Source: a virus
DNA length: 64,000 nt
Virus record (IMG/VR): IMGVR_UViG_3300037247_001096
Coordinates: 1 to 64,000 of that record
Direction: 5' to 3' (one strand)
The first letter of the stretch is position 1, and the number at the start of each line of letters is the position of its first letter. A program made the position numbers and the translations under genes. The notes below the pieces were generated by a model. The model did not search any database. It was not told the DNA's origin and saw only the letters and a program-made list of their open reading frames with translations. This document shows, in pieces, positions 35,073 to 44,523 of this stretch.

Positions 35073-35398
35073 TGAAGTCACGACACATTAGCACAATAAC
35101 ACAGAGCCTAACCCTTGAACTAGGATTCACCGTTGACATCGGGCCGGCCGGCCTGACGCAGGCCATCATCGAAGCACTGGAGAAGGGGGGTGTGCTGGAG
35201 GAGGCGGGCATCGTCTACATCCGGGCTGACGCCCCCGGGCAAAGGCTGGCGGCCGTCGACCTCTGGGCGCCCGAGCCTGAGGCGCCGGTGATACCTCCTG
35301 ACCCCCCAGTGATGCCCGTTCTGGATGATGAGCCGCTCTGTTGTGCCGAGGGGGATGGCCCCTATAAGGGCTGCTGTCGACCGGAGCCCCAGGTATGA
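35072..35398 (+). CDS. Hypothetical protein
   Basis: GGAGG RBS, TAATG overlap. Confidence 0.5.
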   Translation: MKSRHISTITQSLTLELGFTVDIGPAGLTQAIIEALEKGGVLEEAGIVYIRADAPGQRLAAVDLWAPEPEAPVIPPDPPVMPVLDDEPLCCAEGDGPYKGCCRPEPQV

Positions 35399-35658
35399 AA
35401 ACCCCTGTGGGGCACCGTATAATTTTGGGGGGTAAAGCGGGTTACTAAATGGGTTGTAACCTACAACCCATTGTAACCTACAACGGGTTTCGTACTGGGA
35501 TAAGGTCAATAACCCCTGTAGCCTACAACGGGTTGTAGGCTACTCGTTACAGTGATGGGATGGATAGAAGTAGAGGGTAAACCAGGTAATTTAGGCTATT
35601 CTGGGCACTCTACCGCAACACTTCAGCCCGTAATACGTTGTAGCCTACAGGGGTTTAA
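35399..35658. repeat. Operator/iteron-like array B, candidate replication origin
   Basis: Non-coding and AT-richer than flanks; palindrome AATGGGTTGTA-ACC-TACAACCCATT and repeated TGTA(A/G)CCTACA and AACCCCTGT. Confidence 0.65.
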
Positions 35659-35676
35659 TTCAAGAGGAGGTGTAAG

Positions 35677-35946
35677 ATGGAAACCTTAGGCAAGTTTGGG
35701 GAAGCAAAGACCCTAGGTGAGGGGCTAACCGTCTTCCCCTTTACGGACGGGAACTACTCCTACATCCGTATCCTGGGTGTCGTAGAGGGAAAACCCCTGA
35801 GCCTCACTATAGCCAACTACGCACCGCCTGGCAAGACGGGTGCCTTAGATGTAATAGTGGAGACTATCGCCGATGCCAAGGGCCTACTGGAGGAGATGGG
35901 GGGCTGCTTGGTGCGTTCCTCGCCCGGGAATACGTACACGGATTGA
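35677..35946 (+). CDS. Hypothetical protein
   Basis: GAGGAGGTG RBS. Confidence 0.6.
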   Translation: METLGKFGEAKTLGEGLTVFPFTDGNYSYIRILGVVEGKPLSLTIANYAPPGKTGALDVIVETIADAKGLLEEMGGCLVRSSPGNTYTD

Positions 35947-35960
35947 AGTGGAGGTAGAGG

Positions 35961-36371
35961 ATGAACGTTATCAACCCTTGCAGCTACAAGGGGGAGCACA
36001 AGGCTCATGACTGGAGAGGGGGCAGGTATGAGTTTCATTGTCGTGGTCTATCTACTCACGTCCTGGCTCTGGGCATGGGGGCTACTCTGGTTCCTTATCC
36101 AGCCACGGGGGAGGTAGTGGACTACCCCGTCCACCGTGGGAAGCCGGAGCACCAGCGAGGGAGGAGTTGTCATGAACCCTTTTGCCTCTTAGTCTGGGCC
36201 GTCATTGACTTTAATATCGTGCTCAGTCTGCAACTGACCAACGTGGCGAGGGAGCTGCTCTCGTGGCCCCTCGCACTCCAAGGAGGCACGCTTGATGACC
36301 CGTCGAAGGAACCGCAGGCCAAGTCCCCCGAACAGGAGGATGGTGCTGAAGTTCCTTCGCCTACGGGATAG
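35961..36371 (+). CDS. Hypothetical His/Cys-containing protein
   Basis: GGAGG RBS; overlaps the next HNH gene. Confidence 0.45.
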   Translation: MNVINPCSYKGEHKAHDWRGGRYEFHCRGLSTHVLALGMGATLVPYPATGEVVDYPVHRGKPEHQRGRSCHEPFCLLVWAVIDFNIVLSLQLTNVARELLSWPLALQGGTLDDPSKEPQAKSPEQEDGAEVPSPTG

Positions 36372-36711
36372 GAATTGCCGATACTGCGGAGGGCCGGCGG
36401 AGGAGCAGGAGCATGTGGTACCACGGTGTAACGGCGGCGATGGTGCGGCGTTTACTAATCTGGTGATGTCCTGCAAGCGCTGCAACGCCGCAAAGGGCAG
36501 GGAGGCCGGGTTCACCATGAGGAGGAGCAGATTGTACTGGCACGGGCGCCTTGTCGCCCCGAAATCCATCTTCGGCGCCGAGCTCATGCGGGAGGTGGAG
36601 GCCCAGCGCCGGGCCAGGCAGCTTGCGCAAGGACTGGGTTACCTGGTAGACTTCAAGAAGAGGAACGAGGAGAGAGTTCAGGAGGTGCATCATGACCAAC
36701 CCTATCAGTAG
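36292..36711 (+). CDS. HNH endonuclease (McrA/phage-packaging type)
   Basis: RDRNCRYCG...EHVVPR..GG.....NLVMSCKRCNAAKG. Confidence 0.8.
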   Translation: MMTRRRNRRPSPPNRRMVLKFLRLRDRNCRYCGGPAEEQEHVVPRCNGGDGAAFTNLVMSCKRCNAAKGREAGFTMRRSRLYWHGRLVAPKSIFGAELMREVEAQRRARQLAQGLGYLVDFKKRNEERVQEVHHDQPYQ

Positions 36712-37165
36712 GTTCTTTGGCGGGCGACCACAGACAACAGTCCAGGGGGTAGGCGCTGCTAGTCCGGCCCCACCCGTCCCGTCCCGAGTCGACACCTGTA
36801 CCAAGTGCTATGGGTACTTCCGGGTGGATTCCCTGAAGCCTTTCTACCGAGGTACAGTTCTCTTCACTGGGGAGGGTGCCGACATTTACAGGCCCCACTT
36901 CGAGACGGCCTATTACTGCCAGAGATGCGAGCCGGTCGCCCCTATCGTGTTTGTCCTACAGGACTCCAAGGGGGAGGAACTGGAGACGCGGTGCCTCACG
37001 GTGGAGCACGGGTGGTTCCAGGACGTGGATAAAGAGAGCGGCGAAGACCGCTACACCGTATCCCTCGAAGATTACAACCACACCTTCTGCATGAATTGTG
37101 GTCAGCGCATCGAGGAGACGGAGTGTCAGGAGCACCGCCCTTCGGCCAAGAAGGAAAAGAAGTAA
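36692..37165 (+). CDS. Multi-CxxC hypothetical protein
   Basis: GGAGGTGCATC-ATG; CTKC, CQRC, CMNC. Confidence 0.6.
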   Translation: MTNPISRFFGGRPQTTVQGVGAASPAPPVPSRVDTCTKCYGYFRVDSLKPFYRGTVLFTGEGADIYRPHFETAYYCQRCEPVAPIVFVLQDSKGEELETRCLTVEHGWFQDVDKESGEDRYTVSLEDYNHTFCMNCGQRIEETECQEHRPSAKKEKK

Positions 37166-37184
37166 CCATAAGAGGAGGCATATC

Positions 37185-37358
37185 ATGACTGACGAGATTC
37201 CCTCGACCGGCCCCTGCATCGTCTGCAAAGAGGAGCCCAGCGACGAGAACCTCTGCTACGGGTGCAAAGCGCTTGTCTGCGACGACTGTTATCTGAGTGA
37301 CATCTTCAGGTTCACCCACCGTCCAGAAGAGCACATTGCCCTCACTGCCAGGAATTAA
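37185..37358 (+). CDS. Small Cys-rich Zn-finger protein
   Basis: GAGGAGGCATATC-ATG; three CxxC. Confidence 0.55.
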   Translation: MTDEIPSTGPCIVCKEEPSDENLCYGCKALVCDDCYLSDIFRFTHRPEEHIALTARN

Positions 37359-37642
37359 GTCGTGAGCGAAATCGAAAGTACCGGCGACGTATCCGAGCAC
37401 AGGTCATTGGGCACTACGGAGCCAGGTGTGTCTGCTGTGGGGAGGAACGGAACGAGTTTCTCACCGTTGACCATATTGAGGGGGGTGGACTCGCTGACCG
37501 GAAGCGGGCCTCTAGTTGGTATTGGTATGTCAATATTATAAGGGAGGGCTTCCCTGATAATCTACGGTTGCTGTGTTGGAACTGCAACTGTGCACTTGGA
37601 AAATATGGTTACTGTCCCCACCAGAGGGAGGTACAATCATAA
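37301..37642 (+). pseudogene. Start-less HNH-like endonuclease frame (not in ORF track)
   Basis: Reads HCPHC...HYGARCVCCGEERNEFLTVDHIEGGG...GFPDNLRLLCWNCNCALGKYGYCPH, homologous to 48564-49100; preceded by in-frame TGA with no canonical start near the 5' end. Confidence 0.65.
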
Positions 37643-37992
37643 AAGCTCTGACAATCTCCGACGGTGGGTATCGCTTTCAGCTCCTCCTGCGTGGGGACGT
37701 AGACCTGCCGGCCGTCACCATCCGAGAGGAGCCGGCCCACATGCAGTTTATTTCCTGGTGGAGGGGCCAGTGCAAACAGCGGAGCATTGCCTACGTCTAC
37801 CGAGTTGCGGAGCCTCAAGGAATCCGCATCGTGCAGAACCTACTAAAGAAGCACACATTCGAGGAGCTCCAGCAATTGTCCAACCACTTCTTCCTTGATT
37901 ATGGTGAGCGGCTGCGCTCTGACGCCCGCCATTTCTCTATTTTCGCTAGCCTGGTGGAGACACTGAAGGGAGAGCTCCGTGACCGAGCCTAG
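37639..37992 (+). CDS. Hypothetical protein (possible helicase-loader/initiator-associated), probable ATA start
   Basis: GGAGGTACAATC-ATA; open frame to 37992. Confidence 0.45.
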   Translation: MKALTISDGGYRFQLLLRGDVDLPAVTIREEPAHMQFISWWRGQCKQRSIAYVYRVAEPQGIRIVQNLLKKHTFEELQQLSNHFFLDYGERLRSDARHFSIFASLVETLKGELRDRA

Positions 37993-38353
37993 AGAGCTTA
38001 CAGACAGCACCAAGAAGGCTAAGGCGCTGCTAGCCGCGGCGAGCAAGCCCTGTAGCTTCGCGCAGGGGTATGGCCCGTGCCTGCATCAGGAGAGGGCTAA
38101 GGAAGACCTCGCCGCCCTCGCCCCCGACATCCTCGCCTGGGCCATCTCAGTGGTGGAGGTGCTGGAGGATGCCGATTGCGCCTACGATCACGCAACCTAC
38201 TACCATCCTGGTAGGGACTGCCTTGAGTTTAGGTTTTGTGATGTCATGTGTTCGCGCTGCAAGGCCCTCGCCGCCTGGGCCGAGCTAGAAAGGAAGATGC
38301 CATGCGTGGGGAGAACAGCCCGACGACAGCGAAGGAGAGGTGCTGGTGGCTAG
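37979..38353 (+). CDS. Hypothetical protein, paralogous to 38592-39005
   Basis: LxAAAxxPCS...PC....RAKxxLAALA shared. Confidence 0.5.
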   Translation: MTEPRELTDSTKKAKALLAAASKPCSFAQGYGPCLHQERAKEDLAALAPDILAWAISVVEVLEDADCAYDHATYYHPGRDCLEFRFCDVMCSRCKALAAWAELERKMPCVGRTARRQRRRGAGG

Positions 38354-38595
38354 CTTGGGCGGAGGAGGGAGTCGATGGCGTTGAGGGCTGCCACGATGAG
38401 ATGTTCCTTCGCCTCATCGCCGACGTAGACCGCCAGACCTTGCTGGTGGAGGGGCTGGTCGGGGCGCTGGAGGCAATGGTGCTGGCTGATTGCAAGACTG
38501 CATATCCAGAAGACCATGCGATCTATCCTGCCCGTCGCAGGGCCGATGCCCTCCTCCACAGCGTCCGCAAGGCCCAGAGGAAGGAGAAGGCATGA
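38302..38595 (+). CDS. Hypothetical protein
   Basis: AAGGA RBS; ATGA overlap downstream. Confidence 0.45.
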   Translation: MRGENSPTTAKERCWWLAWAEEGVDGVEGCHDEMFLRLIADVDRQTLLVEGLVGALEAMVLADCKTAYPEDHAIYPARRRADALLHSVRKAQRKEKA

Positions 38596-39005
38596 AAGAG
38601 CAACACGACGACCGTACTCACGGCCACGGAGGGCCGATCAGCGGCGTCTCTGAGCCGCACAGTCACCCGGAGCCCCCGCATCACCATCCAGCCAAGCCCG
38701 ACTCCGGCGACATCCTGCGCGACCTGATAGCAGCGGCCGGCAACCCGTGCAGCCAAATATGTGCTGATGAAGAACGTGAGGGCTTTCCACCATGCGTCAA
38801 GATGAGCAGGGCCAAGACCCGCCTCGCCGCCCTCGCTAAGCACCTAGGCCCGCTGCGGGAGGGGTTGAAACCCGTGACGACGAGCGCACATCAGCAGACA
38901 CCGCAGGGTCGCTGGGTGGTCTCTCTCACGGCTGAGGAGTGGGAACATCTCTGCGCCGCCAAGGACGCCCTGGACGTGGCGCTGCTAGAGGGACTAAAAG
39001 CATGA
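38592..39005 (+). CDS. Hypothetical protein with His-rich N-terminus
   Basis: AAGGAG RBS; HGHGG...HSHPEPPHHHP. Confidence 0.5.
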   Translation: MKEQHDDRTHGHGGPISGVSEPHSHPEPPHHHPAKPDSGDILRDLIAAAGNPCSQICADEEREGFPPCVKMSRAKTRLAALAKHLGPLREGLKPVTTSAHQQTPQGRWVVSLTAEEWEHLCAAKDALDVALLEGLKA

Positions 39006-39256
39006 GTAATTTCTTTCGTAGATTCTGGCCCTGGCCAAAGGTTTTGGCCACAAAAGATCAGCGTATTGATGCCCTTACCTTTGCCGTCATACGCGGGGAG
39101 ATGACGATTCAAGAACTACAGGTAAAGGTAATAGAGCAGAAGAACATCATCGGGAATCTTGAATTGGAAGGCAGAAGACAGAAACGGGCCCTTACGGAAC
39201 GCTTAACCCCCTACTTAGGTTGGGACGAGTTACATGCGGAATTGAACCGCGAGTAA
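39002..39256 (+). CDS. Hypothetical coiled-coil protein
   Basis: ATGA overlap; lower GC. Confidence 0.5.
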   Translation: MSNFFRRFWPWPKVLATKDQRIDALTFAVIRGEMTIQELQVKVIEQKNIIGNLELEGRRQKRALTERLTPYLGWDELHAELNRE

Positions 39257-39262
39257 CACTCT

Positions 39263-40555
39263 ATGACGGGGGTATTTTGGTGCGTGTCCCTAGTGCTGAC
39301 CGACGAGGCATTCCTCGTTAAGTGGCACCACGCCCTGGTACCAGAATCTCTGTCGAGAGGGCCGCTACGTTTCCTCATGGCGGCCGCCCTCGAACACTGG
39401 GATTTGTATGGGAGGCGGATGGACTGGCCGTCGTTCCTGTACTGGGTAGATAACGGGGTGGAAGACCCAGACCTCCACGAAGAGTACCGCCAGATGTACT
39501 TAGACATCACCACTGCCTACGCCGTTACCGACAGCAGCCGCCCCACCGCCTGGGCTGCGGCTGAGGAGTGGGTGCAGAGCTACCACGTGGGTATGGCGCT
39601 TGACCGTGCCCGGGCTGCCCTCGTCGCCGGCGACCGGGGTGGCGCCTTTTCCGAGCTCCTAGGGCTGCGGGAGGTGACGGGAGAGGAGAAGGCCGCCCCA
39701 CCCATCAGCCTGGCGGACGCTCGTCTCGGTGAGCTGCTGAGGGCACGCCCCCAGGAGGAGGATGCCTGTCCTACGGGCATCGCCAAGGTGGACGAGCTCT
39801 GGGAGGGAGGTGTCTACCCGGGCGACCTGGCGGTGGTCGCAGCCGACACGAACGTGGGGAAGTCTCAGGTGCTATGCTACCTCGCCTCCTCTGCCTACTT
39901 CCACAACAAAAGAGTCCTCTACTATACATTTGAGCTCACCCAGACGCAGGTGGCGGAGCGAGTACTGACCGCTCTCTTCGAGTGCCCGAAGCAGGAACTG
40001 AATCCCGCCACCATAGTTGACGACCTGATGCGGTTCCGGGAGCGAAAGCAGATTGACAAGGGTTCCCTCGTCATTGACGATGGCGCCGCTATCCGCACTG
40101 TCGCCGACCTGGGGCGCCGGCTGGCGGAGGAGGACATTGACCTGGTGCTTCTCGACTCGGCGGACGACCTCCAGCCAAGCAGGAACTACACCAAAGCGTA
40201 TGAGGGTTTTGAAGAACTCTATCGTGACCTGCGGATTAATATCTGCCAGGGCCTGGAGCTACCAGTCTGGACATCGGTTCAGCTCAATCGTGACGCCGTA
40301 GAGAAGGCGAAGGTCAGCCTGAAGCATATGGGTGGTTCCTATGCCAAGGCCCAACGCCCACATCTCGTCCTCGGCATGAGCCAGACGCCCGACGAGCGGG
40401 ACTTCGATCTGGGGCCACTCGTGAAGTTGCACATACTCAAGGACACCATCCACGGTTCTAAGGGTAAGTGGTTCCGGCACCTGACGATGTTCGGCCGGGG
40501 GAGTAGAGGGTGGCCGGGATTCAGTTACTATCCCGACTGGGAGGATTTATCATGA
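39263..40555 (+). CDS. DnaB-like (SF4) replicative helicase
   Basis: PTGIAKVD..GG...G.L, AADTNVGKS, YTFEL, LVLLD, PVWTSVQLNR. Confidence 0.88.
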   Translation: MTGVFWCVSLVLTDEAFLVKWHHALVPESLSRGPLRFLMAAALEHWDLYGRRMDWPSFLYWVDNGVEDPDLHEEYRQMYLDITTAYAVTDSSRPTAWAAAEEWVQSYHVGMALDRARAALVAGDRGGAFSELLGLREVTGEEKAAPPISLADARLGELLRARPQEEDACPTGIAKVDELWEGGVYPGDLAVVAADTNVGKSQVLCYLASSAYFHNKRVLYYTFELTQTQVAERVLTALFECPKQELNPATIVDDLMRFRERKQIDKGSLVIDDGAAIRTVADLGRRLAEEDIDLVLLDSADDLQPSRNYTKAYEGFEELYRDLRINICQGLELPVWTSVQLNRDAVEKAKVSLKHMGGSYAKAQRPHLVLGMSQTPDERDFDLGPLVKLHILKDTIHGSKGKWFRHLTMFGRGSRGWPGFSYYPDWEDLS

Positions 40556-40761
40556 CAAAATGGACAGTTGCCGAGGTACACCCAGGTCAGCTATACGAGT
40601 CAACCGACCCACGTGATGGCGGGCGCCGCGTTGAGGTTACGGAGATATTTGCTGGAGAGGTGGCAGTACGAAACATTCGCACAGGGCGAACAAGCTACAT
40701 CCGCAAACAGAACCTTTGCTCAACGCTAGGCAATCGGGGGTGGCGCCGGGTAGGTCGATGA
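40552..40761 (+). CDS. Small SH3-like protein, paralogue of 54420-54626
   Basis: EVxxGQxxxxxDxR..R.V.V..I...GWR. Confidence 0.55.
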   Translation: MTKWTVAEVHPGQLYESTDPRDGGRRVEVTEIFAGEVAVRNIRTGRTSYIRKQNLCSTLGNRGWRRVGR

Positions 40762-41714
40762 ATACAAAGAAGCTGATCGCCGTTCTGGAAGACCACGGGT
40801 TCCACGTCTACCTTGCTGAGGGGGGCACTGAGTTGGTCATCGCCTGTCCCTTGTGTTTCGATGAGAAGCAGAAGCTCTACATCAGTGCCGCCACAGCCGC
40901 CTGGATTTGTTTTCGCTGCAATTCTCGTGGTGGGCTCCACTCCCTACTCCTGGAGGTGTGCGAGCTGTCACCTAATGAAGCGTATCCGATGGAGATGGCG
41001 CTCCTGGAGGGGAAGAAGCAGCGCCCTGCGCTCATCGTCTCCAGGCCGGCGCCGGCCTCTACCATCGAGCTGCCCCCTGGCTTCATGCCCGACCAGGGAG
41101 ACGGCCTTGCGGCCTGCTATCTCCAACACCGATGTCTGGATGGCGACTGGGCACCAGAGTTGGGGATTGGTTACTGCCTCGTTGGATACTACCATCATCG
41201 TGTAATCGTGCCGGTCGTGACGCAGGGGGCGCTCCGTACCTTCGTCGCCCGCACCTGGTTGGAGGACGAGCCAAAGAAAGTATTGATGCCACCCGGCAGC
41301 CAGGCCGAGCGTGCGTTGTTTGGGTACGATAACCTAGTCGGTGGGGAGACCGTCATCCTATGCGAAGGAGTATTTGACACCCTACGGATGTGGGCGGCAG
41401 GCTACCGTGAGGCCGTGGCCACCCTAGGCGCTCATGTCACCGAGCTCCAGCGCAATCTAGTGAAACGTCTTGCCCCTAGGAGCGTTGTTCTTCTTAGAGA
41501 CGCTGATGAGGCCGGCCGGGAGTCGGCCATCAAGGACGCCAAGGCGCTGAGTGAGGCGATGCTGAACGTGTCGATAGCAAACCTCCCCAACGGTACCGAC
41601 CCGGGGTCTGCATCGCCGGTACAAATCAGGCGGGCACTTGACGAAGCCCGGCCGGTTGAGTTACAGTTAGGAATCGAGGCTTTGAAGGAGGCGCATCATG
41701 GCAGGAAAGACTAA
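40758..41714 (+). CDS. DNA primase (Zn finger + TOPRIM)
   Basis: CPLC...CFRC, RVIVP, CEGVFD, DADEAG, DPG. Confidence 0.9.
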   Translation: MNTKKLIAVLEDHGFHVYLAEGGTELVIACPLCFDEKQKLYISAATAAWICFRCNSRGGLHSLLLEVCELSPNEAYPMEMALLEGKKQRPALIVSRPAPASTIELPPGFMPDQGDGLAACYLQHRCLDGDWAPELGIGYCLVGYYHHRVIVPVVTQGALRTFVARTWLEDEPKKVLMPPGSQAERALFGYDNLVGGETVILCEGVFDTLRMWAAGYREAVATLGAHVTELQRNLVKRLAPRSVVLLRDADEAGRESAIKDAKALSEAMLNVSIANLPNGTDPGSASPVQIRRALDEARPVELQLGIEALKEAHHGRKD

Positions 41715-41826
41715 AGGAGTTATCGTCATCGAGGGAGGGTCAATAGAGGAAGTAGAAGCAGTGATCTCAGCAGCGGAGAAGGCCGTTGGGAAGCTGCCAA
41801 AGGTTTCTCTAACCATCTACAACTAG
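41698..41826 (+). CDS. 42-aa hypothetical protein (not in ORF track)
   Basis: AAGGAGGCGCATC-ATG; MAGKTKGVIVIEGGSIEEVEAVISAAEKAV... Confidence 0.5.
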   Translation: MAGKTKGVIVIEGGSIEEVEAVISAAEKAVGKLPKVSLTIYN

Positions 41827-41836
41827 GAGGTGCATC

Positions 41837-42835
41837 ATGGCAAAGACTAAGAGCGACTTGAGTGGGTGGGCATCGGACATCGACAGCGAGGCGACCCGTG
41901 CTCTCATCGCACAGATCGCAGAGGAGGGGGAGAAGAAGCCCTGGGATAAGTTAGAGTCCGACCCTAAGAAGTTCATTGCGAACTACCGACGCATCTGTCC
42001 GAAGCGACCAGAGTGGCCAAACCCCTATCAAATCTTTCCCGTCCATTATCTCGGGCCAAACAGTAGGCTGGTGATCTGCCTCAAAGAGGCAGGCATAGGC
42101 GAGTGCCCCGCCTGTGTACTCCGCTGGCAGCTCCACGAAGCCAAGGCTGAGGCAGAAGCGCGTGGCCTCCGAGCGTCAATCCGCACATTCCTCAACGTCG
42201 TGCGCCTCGACAAAGAGGGGAACATCGCCGAGGACAAGGTGTTCCTACTGGGGCTGAACCAGCTCCAGTTCCTGGGCAAGAGGGGCGTCGAGTACGACTC
42301 AGACGAGGAGTCCGAGCTGCCGTTGTTCAACTTCTTTGAGAAGTATGGCGACCTCTCCCACGTGGAGACCGGCCGCGACCTGCTCATCAAGGCCAAAGAC
42401 GACAAGCAGGGGGACTACAACGTACAGAAGCTCAAGTTCTCGGTCGCTGACCCGAGCCCCTTCCCCGGCACCAGCGAGTTGCTGGAGGAGAACCTGGTCG
42501 ACCTACCAACAGTGGTGACCGCAATGGAACCGACTGAGATGGTAGCCACTATCGAGGGGCGGGCCACCGGCGCCATGCAGCTCGCTGCACCAGGTACGGC
42601 GCCGGCAGCACAGCTCCCGGCACCGACCGAGGCGCCGGCCAAGGCGAGCCGCTTTGGTGGGGCGGAGGATGAAGAGGAAGCTACGGAACCCGAGGCGTCG
42701 AGAGAGGAGCCTGCTGCCGAACAGCCGGCCGAGGCGGGTGAAAAGGAGGATGCTCGCGCAGCGGCGCAGCCTCCCAAGACCGACCCGGCCGCCGCTATCG
42801 AGCGGCTTCGCAAGAACCAGGGCAACGGGAGCTAA
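41837..42835 (+). CDS. Single-stranded DNA-binding protein (T4 gp32-like)
   Basis: RICP...H...C......CPAC Zn site, GDL...TGRDL, acidic tail; lies between primase and RecA. Confidence 0.75.
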   Translation: MAKTKSDLSGWASDIDSEATRALIAQIAEEGEKKPWDKLESDPKKFIANYRRICPKRPEWPNPYQIFPVHYLGPNSRLVICLKEAGIGECPACVLRWQLHEAKAEAEARGLRASIRTFLNVVRLDKEGNIAEDKVFLLGLNQLQFLGKRGVEYDSDEESELPLFNFFEKYGDLSHVETGRDLLIKAKDDKQGDYNVQKLKFSVADPSPFPGTSELLEENLVDLPTVVTAMEPTEMVATIEGRATGAMQLAAPGTAPAAQLPAPTEAPAKASRFGGAEDEEEATEPEASREEPAAEQPAEAGEKEDARAAAQPPKTDPAAAIERLRKNQGNGS

Positions 42836-42838
42836 ACG

Positions 42839-42994
42839 ATGAGTTATCTGAAGATACGCTCTGGTACCTGCTCTAAGTGTGGTTTCGACGGTCTCCCCCC
42901 GAAGTACGTTAGGGGGATTCGCCCATCGTTGGAGTTTCGATGTCCCTGCGGGTTTACCTGGCAGGAACCCACTAACGACAGCGTAAACAGATGA
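42839..42994 (+). CDS. 51-aa Zn-ribbon protein (not in ORF track)
   Basis: CSKCG...CPCG; GGGAG RBS; ATGA overlap with recA. Confidence 0.5.
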   Translation: MSYLKIRSGTCSKCGFDGLPPKYVRGIRPSLEFRCPCGFTWQEPTNDSVNR

Positions 42995-44031
42995 GTGACC
43001 CCCAGGCTGTAGTCAAGCGTCTACAGAAGGACGCCGACCTAACTGTTCAAGTTGGGCGGGACGGCCCCATCATGGCCGAGCCCACGGGATACGTGTCGAC
43101 GAGGTGCCCCATGCTGGACTACCTCATAGGCAAGCCCGGCGTCCCCCTTGGGGGTATCACTCTACTAGTAGGCGCTTACGGGTCTGGGAAGAGCACCATC
43201 GTCTTGAGCATCCTGGCGGAGATGCAGGCCCAAGGGGGGCGGGCCGTCATCTTTGACACCGAGGGGCGCCTTAATTTTCCTCGTGCGGAGAAGTTGGGCG
43301 TCAATGTGGATGAACTTATTGTCGCCCAGCCCGACACTTTGGAGGAAGCCTTCGACGGGGTGAAGCAGATGATTCACGTCGCGCGGGAGGAGTTTGATGA
43401 GGACGAGCAAATCGTCATCGCCCTCGACTCCATCGCCGGCGCTCCTATGGAGAAGGAAGTGAAGGGTGAGAAGATGGGGCTTGGCGCCCAGGCTGTCCTC
43501 ATCAAGAGGGAGCTCCGGGTCATGAGTAACCTTGTGAACCGCCAGCGTATCGGCTTGGTCATTACATCGCAACCCCGGCAGAAGATTAACCTCGGCGCGT
43601 GGGGTGCTCCGGCCCCTAGTTGGTTGGGGGAAGACCCCCTGGGCCACGCCGCAATGACCACCATCCGCCTGCAAGAGCAGAAGAAGTTTGGCCCCGACCC
43701 CGAGAGTCCTATCGGGCACCACATCCTAGCGACGTTGGTGGATACCCGCATTGCTGGCTGCACCGTCCCCGAGTGTCAGACCTGCACCCGGAAGGACTTC
43801 AAGCGGACGTTCGACTTCTTCGACGCCACCGGCCCCGACTTCTTTGGGTCAGCCCTCGATGTGCTGATGGAGCAGAAGGTCATTTCTTACAGCGGTGGTT
43901 GGTACTCATATAAGGAGACGAAGTTTCGTCGAGACGACTTCGAGGCTCAAGTGGAGAAAGACCCCTCCATCCTTGACGCCCTCGGGCAGATACTCCAAGG
44001 GGGACATCACGAAGAAGGGAAGAACACATGA
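42991..44031 (+). CDS. recA: RecA-like recombinase
   Basis: YVSTRC..LD..IG..GVP.G, GAYGSGKS, FDTE, AEKLGV, LDSIA, SGGWY. Confidence 0.88.
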   Translation: MSDPQAVVKRLQKDADLTVQVGRDGPIMAEPTGYVSTRCPMLDYLIGKPGVPLGGITLLVGAYGSGKSTIVLSILAEMQAQGGRAVIFDTEGRLNFPRAEKLGVNVDELIVAQPDTLEEAFDGVKQMIHVAREEFDEDEQIVIALDSIAGAPMEKEVKGEKMGLGAQAVLIKRELRVMSNLVNRQRIGLVITSQPRQKINLGAWGAPAPSWLGEDPLGHAAMTTIRLQEQKKFGPDPESPIGHHILATLVDTRIAGCTVPECQTCTRKDFKRTFDFFDATGPDFFGSALDVLMEQKVISYSGGWYSYKETKFRRDDFEAQVEKDPSILDALGQILQGGHHEEGKNT

Positions 44032-44249
44032 GCAATATCCAAGTCCACCAAGCCGACATAGAGACGGTGTGCCTTCGGTTCGCCCACGATTATTTTGGCC
44101 TCGCCTTCGACGAACTTGAAGACGAATACGAAGATAGAGGTCTTACCATTGGGGGTGCACAAACCATTGAACTAACCGTGACCCCCGACATCGCACGCCA
44201 GTTGAGGGACGCTCTCAACCGGGAGCTAGAGGATGATACGAACGCCTAG
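44028..44249 (+). CDS. Hypothetical acidic protein
   Basis: ATGA overlap. Confidence 0.5.
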   Translation: MSNIQVHQADIETVCLRFAHDYFGLAFDELEDEYEDRGLTIGGAQTIELTVTPDIARQLRDALNRELEDDTNA

Positions 44250-44523
44250 CTGTCAGTTCTACTCGTCGGCCGCGTCAAGCTGCCACCGCCGGCCCACCAC
44301 CCACTACTATGGGAGTGTGGAGCGTGGCCCTATGTGGTTGTGCGTGAACAAGCACCTCAAGGCGCAGGACAATCGTGACCGGGAGATGCGAGAGCAGGAA
44401 ATGGATGCGATTCTTCGGGAGAAGATGATGGCTGACGGTATTCTCCTTCAGCAAATTACAGAGGTGGCCCTGAACATGCTGGAGCCCCACCCATGGAACG
44501 GCGAGGTATATCTTGATGCCTAG
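44233..44523 (+). CDS. Zn-finger-like hypothetical protein
   Basis: C...C...C...H N-terminus. Confidence 0.45.
   Translation: MIRTPSCQFYSSAASSCHRRPTTHYYGSVERGPMWLCVNKHLKAQDNRDREMREQEMDAILREKMMADGILLQQITEVALNMLEPHPWNGEVYLDA

Noticed and set aside
25499-35658. CRISPR array in the repeat clusters
   Set aside because: The repeats are short, degenerate, inverted and irregularly spaced, with no constant repeat-spacer period and no cas genes.
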